Source: Hemiscyllium ocellatum (lineage: Eukaryota). From it: 64,000 nt of DNA. The notes under the pieces were generated by a model. It saw only the letters and a list, made by a program, of their open reading frames with translations, did no database searches and had not been told where the DNA came from. This document shows positions 13,160 to 25,262 of the stretch, piece by piece (the stretch's first letter is position 1; each line of letters opens with the position of its first letter). Where the stretch lies: the NCBI RefSeq assembly GCF_020745735.1, contig NC_083402.1, positions 124,764,213 to 124,828,212 of the forward strand, in the 5' to 3' direction. A program made the position numbers and the translations under genes.

Positions 13160-13456
13160 CATAGAATACCTACAGTGTGAGAACAGACCATTTAGCCCAA
13201 CAAGTCCACACTGGCCCTCCAAAGAGCAACCCACACAGACCCATTCCCTCCTGACTAATGGACCTAAGATACACATCTCTGAACACTATGGGCAATTTAG
13301 CATGGCCAAATCTGCACATCTTTGGACTCTGGGAAGAATCCCATGCAGACATGGGGAGGATATGCAAACTCCACACAGTCACCCAAGACTGGAATCAAAC
13401 CCAGGTCCCCGGTGATGTGAGGCAGTAGTGCTAAGCGCTGAACCACCGTGCTGCCT
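13160..13456 (-). mobile_element. HE1-type SINE
   Basis: Reverse complement begins ggcagcacggtggttcagcgcttagcactactgcctcac (tRNA head) and runs to the ...cactgtaggtattctatga tail. Confidence 0.9.
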
Positions 13457-14100
13457 GTGGGACATCATCTGATTGTGAATGATAATTCTCTCTTTATCTT
13501 TTGAATATGAGAGCTTCTCCCCCTTGCTTTGTACTCCTGGTTTCACAGTGATTTCCATTCCAATGGATTTTCAACTGAACACTAGTTTTGCCATTGATGC
13601 CTCTCAAGATTGTCACGTTGTGTTGAAATTTAATCATGCCCCCCTCAGCATATTTGAAAGTGATTCCCAATGCCTTCCCACCAACCAATGACCTGTTTTT
13701 TTGTATTATGTTGGTTGGAATATATGTCAAGCAATAGAGCTGTACTGAAGCGTATTTCAGGTCCTGATTCCATCTTCACCATTATTTTACATGCAGTTAT
13801 GAAAGGTAAGACAGACAATCCTGGAGTTGTCTTCTTTGAGGCCAGACCAGCAATACCACTTAACCCTGTAATCCTCAAACCATCAATGAAGTCAGCCTGC
13901 AAAGCCCAGCCAAAATGCTTGGCTTATCTTTAAATCCAGGATTCATTCGGGGATTCCCCAGTACCATCTTGGGGCTGTTGAGATGACAGAGTTGCCAGCC
14001 AATCAGTTATCCAGCAGCTGTTGAGAACGAGACTTCCTCCAACTGAAACAACTAATGCTGTTCCAAGTATTAGAGTGCTGCAGGCCAGCTCAGCTTTAGT

Positions 14101-15769
14101 GTTGAAAAGTGTGGCGCTGGTAAAAAGCAGCAGGTCAGGCAGCATCCGAGCAGCAGGAGAGTCAACGTTTTGGGCATAAGCCCTTCATCAGGAATGTAGG
14201 GGGGAAGGCGGCTGAGAGATATATAGGGGGTGGGGGTGGGGCTGGGGGAAGGTAGATGGGAAGGCTGCAGCTGGATGCAATTGGAGGGTAATTGTGATAG
14301 GTTGGTGGGGAGGGTTCAGTGGATAGGTTGGTAGGACAGGTCAAGAGGGTGGTGCCAAGTTGGAGGGTTGGATCTGTGGATGAGGTGGGGGTAGGAGAGA
14401 TTTGGAAACTGGTGAAGTTGATGTTGATGTCGTGTGGTTGAAGGACCCCAAGGCGGAAGGTGAGGTGTTCTTCCTCCAATTCGCGGGTTGCTTTGATTTG
14501 CTGGTGGAGATGGACCAGGACTTGCATGTCCTTGGGGGAGTGGGTGGGAGAGTTGAAGTAGTCGGCCACAGGGTGGTGGGATTCTTTGGTGCGTGTGTCC
14601 AGAGATGTAGGTTGAAATGTTCCGTGAGTTGGTGTTCTATCTCACTGATGTAGAGGATACCACATAAAGAACAATGGGCACAGAAGATGAGGTGGGTGGT
14701 TGTGCAGGAAAATCTCTGCCTGATGTGAAAAGATCATTTGGATGGAGGTGAGGCGGGAGATGTGGGCACAGGTTTTACACTCATGCAGTGGCAAGGGAAG
14801 GTGTCAGGTTTAGAGGGTTGGTTGGTGGGTGACATGGACCTAACAAGGAAGTCATGGAGGGAATGGTCTCTGTGGAATGCAAATGGGATGGGGAGGGAAA
14901 TATATATTTGATGGTGGGGTCTGATTGTAAGTGGCAGAAATGGCCGAGGATAATGCATTGTATTCGAATATTAGTGGAGTGGAAGGTGAGAAACCGGGAT
15001 GATTTCTATTGTTGTTGCTGTTGGAGGGGTGAGGTTCAAGGGTGGAGGAGCAGGAAGTGGAGGTGATGCGCTGAGGGCATTGTTGATCACGTGGGATGAG
15101 AACTTGCGATTCTTGAAATCGGAGGCCGTTGGGATGTCCTGAAATGGAATTGCTCCTCCTGTGAGCAGTTCGGGTGGAGGCAGAGGAATTTGGAGGAAAG
15201 GGATCACATTTTTACAGGAGGAAGGGTGGGAGGAGGTGTAGTTAAGGTACTGTGGGAGTCGGTGTGTTTGAAATAGAAGTCTGTGTTGAGTTGTTCGCTG
15301 GAAATGGAGATGGAGAGGTCCAGGAATGGGAAAGTGGTACAACGCCTTATCTTTTGCTATGGGACCATTCAACCACACATTATCAACGAAGACTTCACTA
15401 GTTTCCAAATCTCTCCACCTCCTATCTCATCACAGATCCAACACTCCAACTCAGCACTGCACTCTGTGCTACTGTGCTCCCACCTATTTGCTCCACTCTC
15501 CACACCGACCTATCACAATTGTCCCCACCTGCATCCACCTATTGTCTTCCCAGCTACCTTCCCACAGCCTCACCCCCACCTCTACCCCCATCCTCACCCC
15601 CCATTTGTCTCTCGTCCCTTCCCCCACCGCCCCCCCAACATTCCTGACGATGAGCTTATGCTGGAAATATTGACACACCTGCTCCTTGGATGCTGCCTGA
15701 CCTGCTGTACTTTTCCAGCATCATACTTTCTGACTCTGACTCTCCAGCATCTGCAGTCCTCACTTTCTC
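14101..15769. mobile_element. Penelope-like element with inverted two-arm structure (minus arm about 14101-15330, plus arm about 15331-15769), 16-bp TSD
   Basis: Minus arm encodes decayed RT-thumb/GIY-YIG pieces (YTSSHPSSCKNVIPF; HSPKDMQVL...LEEEHLTFRLGVLQP); both arms end in the terminal repeat; CCAGCTCAGCTTTAGT at 14085-14100 and 15770-15785. Confidence 0.9.
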
Positions 15770-15887
15770 CCAGCTCAGCTTTAGTTGGATAGGCTGACAA
15801 TTGGCTTTTTGGTTAGAAGGGTGGGGGCCTTTGCAGGAGAATAAGGCACCCCATAAAGTCCAGCCCAATAGGTAGGTGAGGCAATCA

Positions 15888-16010
15888 GGAGAAGGTGAGG
15901 ACTGCAGATGCTGGAGATCAGAGTCGAGAGTATGGTGCCTGGAAAAGCACAGCAGGTTGGGCAGCATCCGAGGAGCAGGAGAATGACATTTTGGGCAAAA
16001 GTCCATCAGG
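15888..16010 (-). mobile_element. Solo PLE terminal repeat (family A)
   Basis: ggagaaggtgaggactgcagatgctggagatcagagtc...gcagcatccgaggagcagg, the reverse complement of the PLE 3' repeat. Confidence 0.85.
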
Positions 16011-17164
16011 TAAAGTCATCACTTCAGCAATACCACTGATGAAGGAATGAGCAGAAAAAATTGTATTTTGCCAAACATTCATTGGGAGACTTCACTGACA
16101 ATTGCCTTTCCCCAGCATTATATTATACAATGTTTGTCATGTATAAGAAACTTTGTGTATGCTGGACATGTAAAACTAAGCAGGCAGCTAGCAGTGGCAG
16201 CTCATGAGACAAATATATTTCCAGAAATAGTTCCAACGAGAGTTGGCAATTCTTGCTCCAGAGTGAAACGTGCTTATTACATTGAACCCTTGAAGACTGA
16301 AAATGTCAAAACATATATTTCACAACAACTCTGAGTCTTATCCTGCCTTTAACAAGCTTACTTGATCAGGCCTGCTCCAAAAGTTTCAAAAGAGTCCACT
16401 TTATGTGGGTGAGGTGCATAATGTGGGTGCAAAGTCAATACTGGATTTATTTTAGTTAGAATGAAGCCAACTGTAACACAAGATGCAACTTTGCTTGATA
16501 TCTGATGCTGTTCTTGCCCATTAACCACAGGAGTAAATATTGTAGCAGGAGGCATTCACTTGTACTGGCTGTTTTCCCTGACTCCAGTTTACTCCTCCCC
16601 CACTCTTTGCATCTCTGACCATATTACATTATACTCAGCAGTTCAGTTGCAGCAAAGTTAATCTGTTGTGTGTTACTGATCTGCTATTCAATAATGCTAT
16701 CTGCACTGGATTCAATTTTCCATTTTATGTCTCAACGGCACAAAAAAATTTATTGAGTCACTCTGCTTCAGACCTTTCTCTGCAATGGGTTTGACAATGA
16801 CATGCTGAGGTATTGGCTGAGTTGTTGTAAATAACCCTGAACTAGGAGCCATTTCCCACTCTTGAAAACCATGGTGTGGTTCCTGTCAGGCAGAGTACAC
16901 ATAAAGATATCAGAGTATCAAGCTCAGCTGTGACCCTACGTATTATGCCTCCTCACAAACTAGTAGCATATTCAGAGAAGCAAGTGAACAATAGCCACTG
17001 GGTGCAACAACAACTTGCACCATACAGCATCTTTAATGTCATAAAATGTCCTTAAGGTACTTAACACAAAGCAGAGTAAGAGATATTAGACCCAATAGGC
17101 TAAAGGCTAAATTAAATAATAAAATAACACACAAACACATAGATTAGAAATGAGCAATGAATCA

Positions 17165-17492
17165 ATCAAAAGGACTCCCTGGGGTGGGGGAGTCCAGAAC
17201 TAGAGGGCATAGGTTTATGGTGAGAGGGGAAAGATTTAAAAGTGACTTAAGGGGCAACTTTTTCATGCAAAGGGTGGTGTGTGTACAGAATGCGCTTCTA
17301 GAAGAAATGGTGGAGGCTGGTGACAATTACAACATTTAAAAGGCATCTGAATGAATATATGAATAGGAAGAGTTTAGAAGGATATGGGCCAAATGCTGGC
17401 AAATGGGATGAGATGAGGTTAAGATATCTGGTTGGCATGGATGAGTCGGACCGAAGGGTTTGCTTCCAAGTAGTACATCTCTATGACTCTAT
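17165..17492 (+). mobile_element. CR1 LINE 3' end
   Basis: GESRTRGHRF...FKRHLNEYMNRKSLEGYG; ends in the ctatgactctat tail. Confidence 0.9.
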
Positions 17493-18139
17493 ACAAGCTA
17501 AAAACAAACACAGATCAGTCTCTGAGCTGTACTTGAAAATACATCATTGAATGTTATGGCTGTTATCGTGGAAGTTACCGGCATCAATGACATTGATAGT
17601 TGAACACTTGATTTTAAGATTCTTGAATTTGCAGTTTGATTGAAATTCCTTAGTCCTGTTTTTGCTTTGAAAGTGGTTTACTGGAAGTATAAAGAGTGAG
17701 AGAAAGCCTTTTCCCTTTCCTTATCCATAGGTCAAGGGTGTTTGAGTGGCTGTTCTCAAAGCACTGACATTCATCACATACTGGGAGATCAGGCTACTCA
17801 CACAGACCCATCAGGATTGAAACTTGCTTTTAACCCTTGTCCCTGTATATCCTTGAAAGGCAAAGACTCTTGCTCAGACTGCTATCTTTTCTACACTCAT
17901 CTGAGAGTCCGAGATAACTCCAGTTTAGTTTTTAGTACATTTCCCTCTTAAGTCCATCTCTTTGAAGCTTTCTTAATATATCACCAAGAGTCACATACCA
18001 AAGTCTTTTTTTCCAGACAGTCAAACTTATTTCCACAATAATTTTGACTATTTCCCAATCTTATGACCTTCTAAAAACACATGTTGGAATTAAAGTTCGA
18101 TGTATGCATTGGTATTCCAGGGTGCGTGCATAGGGGATC

Positions 18140-18500
18140 CAGGATGGTAACCATGGTAATGGAATCATGGACAGATTTGAAAACAAAGAGGAGAATTTTA
18201 ATATTGAGGCATTGATGGAATGGGAGCTAATACTATAGGTGAGCAAACGGCGAGATGATGGATGAACATGACTTGGAGCAAGTTAGGACATGCATAGCTG
18301 AATATCAAATGGACTAAAGTTTATAGAATAAAGAATATGACAGTCAGACAGGAATCTAGCTTAGAACTAGATTAGTTATATCTGATGGCATCAATACCAA
18401 GCTTTCGGGTTTCAGGAGCAGATAGGCTCAGGCAGGAGCTGAGGCGGGTGTTATCATGGAGGTATAAATAGGCATTTGTTCATGGAGACAATGTAATCTT
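18140..18500 (-). mobile_element. L2 LINE fragment, decayed
   Basis: The minus frame gives the SINASILKFSSLFSNLSM region; the DNA resembles L2 ORF2 3' sequence. Confidence 0.45.
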
Positions 18501-18982
18501 AAATGATTAGGAAGGTGGGGAAAATTAAAACATGGCAATTTAACTCCAAACAATCCAAATGCAGTTATAGTCCAGCTTCCTTGCGCAACTTCACCTCCAG
18601 TATTCGACTGAACAAACAGGAGAATCTTTTTGTGTATACCAATAACTACATGACTCAGGTGAAAGTGTTCTTGGCTTCACACCAATTATTTTGCAGGTCA
18701 GCCCCACCTTGAAACTGCAGTTAATATCTAATATTGACACACCAAACCCTGTGCTCAGGCACAATCCTTTAGGTTAAACATTAAGTTCTCCTTGGTTTAC
18801 GCTGCTGTAAGAGTGATATTATGGTCATAATGGAGCAGTTAGAAATTTCGATTCTGAGGGAAGTTTCAGATTTATTTGGAAAATAAAACAATTAGATGAT
18901 TAGGTTTTGAAAATTAGGAATTAGTCTGGACAAATTCTTGATTTCACTAGAGAACATAAGAAGTTGCAACTTTAAAATGTGG

Positions 18983-19192
18983 AAAGTTAAAAATCACATA
19001 ACACCAGGTTATAGTCCAACAGGTTTATTTGGAAGAACTAGCTTTCGGAATGTTGTTCCTTCACAACCACTTGATGAAGGAGCAGCGTTCTGAAAGCTAG
19101 TGCTTCCAAATAAACCTGTTGGATTATAACCTCGTGTTGTGTGATATTTAACTTTGTACACCCCCAGTCCAACAACAGCACCTCCAAATCAT
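18983..19192. mobile_element. Palindromic PLE derivative (family B)
   Basis: Inverted arms of about 80 bp (aaagttaaaaatcac...ctagctttc / gaaagctag...ttaactttg) around a degenerate hammerhead ttgatgaaggagcagcgttctgaaagctagtg. Confidence 0.85.
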
Positions 19193-21009
19193 AAAAAATG
19201 AGTAGGTTGTGTTTAGTAAAGAAAAGCAAGTTTACTGTTTTCCTCTCCAAAGGATCATAAAAGGATCATTTTTATGATCCACGCTCTTTGTATCAAGCCG
19301 CACCACATAAAGAAATACATGGCCCATGACATTTCATCTGCAGTATTAGTTCTAATACAGTGCAAACATAGTCCACCATTCCTTCTGTATCTCTCTATGA
19401 ATATTGAGATCGCCAGCTTTATAGTACCAGGAGCCCTGTTGAAGTAGTCATTATCATTTGTTCACTAGGGCATTATTGAGAAAGGGAAGAGATTAAGTGA
19501 TATGTTACATTCAGAGCTTCAAATACATCAAATTCTCCCAATTGTCTGCTTCTTCTGCAGAACCAAGTTAAATACACACAAGCAGTACAAATATTTTGAA
19601 ATCTAACTGCCCAGATAAATATACATTATTACAGATAATAAGGCTGTGTTTTCCAGAGTACCATGGATTGTGGTGTATTAAGAACAAATAAAATGGCAAG
19701 GTGCACATTCATTAGTGTGAATAAATACTGTCAAATAAATTTCAAAAGCCAGAAGAAATTCTTTCCATACACTTTCCCTTTAAGTGACAGTTTGTCCTAC
19801 TTCACACTTTGTATTTTTTGCCACTGTTAAAATATGCAGCTTCCACTCTGCACACAATTTGTAACGCTGCAAACACACAAATGTGTACATACACATACCA
19901 TTACAATTAATTCAAAACACACAAGTGTTTCTGGGTTTCTCAGGTTTTCAATGACTGGCCTTATCCAAAATATACACACTCAAGCACATCTTCTTAAAAC
20001 TCTACCGTTCAGTGCCAAAACAAAATGCTGTCTAAAAGCACAAAATGTATTCTCTTCCAAGTAACTAACTAACTTGAAAGTGTGGGAATGTTTTCACTGC
20101 ATTGGTTGCAATGCTTCCAGAAGAGAGCTCACCACCACCTTCTCAAGGGCAATTAAGGATGGGTAATAAGTGTGGGCCTTTCCAACAATGCTGTCACCAC
20201 AAGGATATTTAAACAAAAACCCACAAAAATCATTTAAATTCTGTGAAGTGAGGTCAGAAAATACATATAATCACAAGGGCTTTCCTAAATTCACAGTATT
20301 CCTGAAATAACTGTTGTCTTATATGTTCACTTCAGAAATGGCATGATTGCAGGGTTCCGCATTAGCCCTATCCTTATTAAAAGGCCATTCGTAAACCTCT
20401 CTTTATGAAGCCACTAGATTTTGACTTCTATCTTTCTCAGTTTATGCTGTCTGCTATAATTATAGGATTCTTTTTTTAACAATTTAAGTAGAATGCTGCA
20501 AACCGAACTTTAACTCAATCCTGGGAGCCATGTGTGAGGGAGAGTCTGTGGATTGTGGGATATAACAGGCCCAGTACCAAGTGTAGTCCGGGTGATTGAA
20601 GTCCACAGTGTCATTTGCATGGGTCACAGCAAAGTCTAAGCTATAAGGATTAGCTGATCAGTGGATGAAGAACATGACTGTGGCAGGCTGCAGGCCTGAA
20701 GAAGGTAATGGAGACATAAATACACAAAAGGATATTCAATTGAAGAATAGAACATATTAAAAATATTCAGCAGATCCGGTACTATCTATGACAGACAAAT
20801 TAACTTAATATTTCAGTTCAATGTCCTTTCAGTGGAACTGGTAAAACTGAAGATCTCATAGATTTTAAGCACGTTAAATGACAGGGAGAGTAGGTGAAAG
20901 AAAAGAGAAGCCTGTGATAAGGAGGAGGGTATGAAAGGTTAAACTATAAAAGGGATGGTAATGAAGGACGAAATGAATTGGTAATAGGATGACTAATTAA
21001 ATAAAACAC

Positions 21010-21615
21010 ACCAGCACCAGGAGTCCAGGCTCCAGGCATATCATTGCCAGGAATTCAGGTTCTACGTCTACCCCATCCAGGAATCCAGGCTCCAGGCCTA
21101 TCGCCACCAGGAATCCAGGCTCCTGGCATACTGCCACCAGCAATCCAAGCTCTGAGCTTATCACACCAGTTGTCCAGGCTCCAGGCCTACCATCGACGGG
21201 TGTCTTGACTCTGAGCTTGTCACTGCCAGGAGTCTAGGCTTCCAGCCTATCAACACAGGATGTCCAGGCTCTGAGATTATCATCACCAGGAGTCCAGGCT
21301 CCCAGCCTACCATTGCAGGGTATCCACACTCCGAGTTTATCACCACCAGGAGTCCAGGCTCCCAGCCTACCATCACAGGGTGTCGAGGCTCCGAGTTTAT
21401 CAACGCTAGGAGTCCAGGCTCCCAGCCTACCATCACAGGGTGTCTAGGCTCCGAGCTTATCACAGCCAGGAGTCCAGGCTCCCAGCCTACTATCACAGGG
21501 TTCCGAGCTGATCACCACCGGGAGTCTAGGCTCTGGGCCTATCATCAGTGGGTGTCCAGACTCCGAGCTTATCACCGCTAGGAGTCCATCACCACCAAGA
21601 ATTCATGCTCTGGGT
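21010..21615. repeat. Minisatellite, about 30-bp monomer / 60-bp dimer unit
   Basis: Repeats of caccaccaggagtccaggctcccagcctaccatcacagggtgtcgaggctccgagtttat; the repetitive minus ORF 21161-21496 reflects the 60-bp period. Confidence 0.95.
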
Positions 21616-23329
21616 CTGAAGAGGTGAATGGCTGAATGACAAACATTCAAAAGAAACAAGAAAGTTAGAGCAAAGCCAAAAATGTCTGAAACCTGCAAGG
21701 AACAGTTTTGGGAATACTTATATTCTTGTGCACTATAGGAACTGAAAAAAAGAATGAGGATTTGGACAACTTTTGGATAGCTAAGGAGTTAATAAATGAC
21801 TTTCTTTGAAACTGAGAAGGTCAAAATAATTAAGAAATGTCTGACTGTTACAAAAATCCAAGCAATTTTGGGAGAAATAAGAGAGATAAGTAATTGTTTT
21901 ATAATCTTAATTGCCGGACAAATGCACAGAGTTTTAGAAGGGCCCTGGTACTGAAGGTTGCTTGACACTAGCCTCTGGACTTCTTGTTTCTAATTTGCCA
22001 CTGACTTGAGGTTTGTTTAATTATGGAAGGACTTGCAAGGAAACAGTTCTATTCCCTTTCAGTGAGTAACAATATCACTCTTAAAGAAAATCTGTTGAAG
22101 CAATAAGTTGTTGAAGCATTTCTTGAAAATCAGATAAAGCTCCAGGAAACATCACCTGTGACATTGCATAAACTCTGAAAGCCAAACTGTTAACTCAATT
22201 GTGAAATCTATGTCTAACTGACCCGCTACTTGATCTGAAGCTTTGCAGCTAGCAACAATATGAAATTGTTGGCAAGAATCCAAAGGAACTATGAGAAAGT
22301 CACTTCATTCTGCTCTTTTAGTTCGGATTCTTGATCAACAGGGCTTTCCCTGTTTTTCCACTTATCATGGCATCTGCAGGGATCTCAACCAAGCTCAAGC
22401 TAAAACAATTAGCTGATCAGTGGATGAAGAACATGACTGAGGCAGGCTGAAGGCTTGAAGAAGATGATGGAGACACAAACACACAAAAGGACGTGCATTT
22501 TAAGAACACTCATCCACTCATCAGAGCTTGCAGAGCTGTGTTCTGCCGTGCCTGCATATGATCGAATTTGTGTATTAGGATTAAAGGGAATATTGTTTAA
22601 TTCTGCATGGTGACTTTGATAACTACTGTGCCATTTGTTTAAAGCTTCTAATGAATGAGTTTTTGAGTTCATTGAAGAAACCTGTCACAAGACTTTTTTT
22701 TTGCCTGGATAACAGTGATAAAGAGAAACAAATGTACTCTTTTGCAATTAAATGAGACCATTATAGCTCAATATGGCTATTTAAAATGGTCACAGAGTCT
22801 GTGGTTTCCAACTAGTGACCATCTCACCTGTGCTAAAGAGTGGGTTAAAATTTCAGCACATGAAAAGCTATATCTTACTGTAGCCAGTCTGACTATCTGA
22901 TCAGCTTAATACCAGAGATATTGATTAAAATCAGCCCTTATAATTCCAATCCTTTGCTCAGGAAATATCAATTCCTCTTCAGTTTATTTTTAGAGTAAAG
23001 TACGTATTTTATCATTTTGAAGAATCTGAATACGACAGCAGCTGTCTCACAAGTGTGTAACTGGGATTTTTATTGGAATATTTGTACAATACATAGCAAC
23101 ACTGTTGTTTTACATAATGGTTTGGCTATTCTCCAGTGTTTCTTACTGTCTTTTGAGCTCCAATCAGAAAAAGAAGAGAGAACACAAAGATAAAATCTGG
23201 TAAGTATTTTCCAAAATTCCAACTGGTAATATGAAGATACAAAATGATAATTAACCTGATACTGTGCAAGTCAAATTAGCAGAACACTTACTTGACATTG
23301 TTAACAGCTTTGCTCTTTCTGCTCAAAAG

Positions 23330-23332
<3 letters not shown>

Positions 23333-23392
<60 letters not shown>
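23333..23392. repeat. (TG)30 microsatellite
   Basis: Perfect dinucleotide run. Confidence 0.99.
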
Positions 23393-23394
<2 letters not shown>

Positions 23395-23584
23395 GTCGTC
23401 AAAGGTAATTATACTAAATGATCATGAAATTGTTGTTCCATTGTGGATTTGAAATTTTCCCTCTTCGCAATAGCTTAAAATTCTCACTCAATAGTTGTCC
23501 AAATGTTAATTTCCAGTGCCTTTAGTGGATGTCAACATCAAATGTTGTTGACTATCAACGAGAGCAAATTTTATCTTTATAGGA

Positions 23585-24300
23585 GTAGTGTTCCCATTTT
23601 GAAGGTGCTGTCTGAGAATGTTTGATGAATTCCTGCAGTGAATCTTGTAGACAGCATACACTGCTGCTATCGAGTATCAGTGGTGGAGGGAGTGGATGCT
23701 TTTGGACTTGGTGCCAATCAAGTGGGCTGCTTTGTCCTGAATGGTATCAAGCTTCTTGAGTACCTGTGTAAATGGGAATATTCTATCTGACATGTGCCTT
23801 GTAGGTAATGCACAGGCTTTGGGAAGTCAGGAGAGGAATTACTTGTCACAGCATTTCTTGTCTCTGACCTACTTTTGTAGCTACCGTGTTCATATGACAG
23901 GTTTAGTTGAGTACTGCTCAATAATAACCCGAAGGATATTGATAGTGGGGGATTCAGTGGTGGATATACCATTGAGTTTCAAGGGGTAGTGGATAGATAA
24001 TGTCTTTATTGGTGATGGTTAAGGCCTGGCATTTGTGTGCAAATGTTACTTGCCTTGATTGGGCCTCGGACATTATCCTGAGGAACTCCTGCAGGGATGA
24101 CCTGGAGCTCAGATGACTGACCTTCAACAACCGGGACCAGCTTTCTATGTGCCAGATATGACTCCAACCAGCTTACCTTACATCTGGAAATCAGCTCTTT
24201 TGTCCATGTTTGAACCAAGGCTACAATGAAGTCAGGAGCTGAATGAACCTGGTGGAACTTAAACTGGATGTCAGTGAACAGATTGGGTAATAACAGAAGT
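23585..24300 (-). mobile_element. CR1-group LINE ('family B') RT fragment
   Basis: Minus frame HSAPDFIVALVQTWTKEL...WLESYLAHRKLVPVVEGQSS...AGVPQDNVRGP. Confidence 0.8.
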
Positions 24301-24307
24301 ACAGATA

Positions 24308-25245
24308 CTTTAGGCCCAACTATCTTCAGCTGCCTCGTCAATGACCTTCCCTCCATTATGAGGTCAGAAGTTTGCCAATGACTACACAATGATCAGCACT
24401 ATTCACTATTCACTGAAGTAGTCTATGTTCAAAAACAATGAGATCTGGACAACATGCAGGCTTAGGCTGACAAGTGGCAAGTAACATTCACACCACTCAA
24501 ATGCCAGACAATGATCATCTCCAACAAGATGCAATCTAACCACTGCCTCTTGACATTCAATGGTGTTACCATCACTGAATTACCCCACTATCAACATCCT
24601 AGGATTACCATTGACTAGAAACGCAACTGGATTTGCTACATAAACGCATTGCTGACAAGAACAGGTCAGATACTAGGAATACCATGGTGATTAACTCATC
24701 TTCTGACAGCCCAAAGCTGGTCCACTATTTACCAGGCACAAGTCAGAAGTGTGATGGAATACGCCCCACTTCCCTGGATGGGTAGAGCTCCAACAATAAT
24801 CAAGAAGTTTGACACCATACAAGGCCAATCAGCCCACTGTTTGGCACCACATCCACAAGCATCCACTCCCTCCACCATCCAAGTTCAGTAGCAGCAGCGT
24901 GTGCTATCTATAAGAAGCACTGCAGAAATTCACCAAAAATCTTTAGACAGCATCTTCCAAACCCATGACCGCTTCCATCTAGAAGAACAACAATTGCAGA
25001 TACATAGAAACATCACCGCTTGCAAGTTTCCCTCCAAGCCACTCACCATCCTCTCTTGGAAATATATTGCTTTCTCTTCACTGTCACTGGGTCAAAATCC
25101 TAGAATTTCCTCTCTAAGGGCAATGTGGGTCTTTCTACAGCACATGGACTGCAACAGTTCAAGAAGGAAGCTCACCACCTCCTTCTGAAGGGCAGCTAGG
25201 TATGGGTAATAAAAGCCTGGCCAGCCAGCAATGCTGGCATCTAAT
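24308..25245 (+). mobile_element. CR1-group LINE ('family B') RT to 3' end
   Basis: LGPTIFSCLVNDLPS...QAWADKWQVTF...YQAQVRSVMEY...KKFDTIQ, followed by the family 3' UTR. Confidence 0.85.
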
Positions 25246-25262
25246 GAGACAATAATACAAAA

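Noticed and set aside
13479-14085. Cluster of overlapping ORFs and a possible 45-nt exon at 13761-13805
   Set aside because: No recognisable protein motif; splice phase does not chain with the other plus-strand candidates.
16362-16440. Minus-strand candidate exon LTLHPHYAPHPHKVDSFETFGAGLI
   Set aside because: Acceptor lacks a polypyrimidine tract; no homology recognised.
20649-20700. Box C/D snoRNA-like words (GATGA, CTGA) in the duplicated segment
   Set aside because: No canonical RTGATGA box C and no terminal stem.
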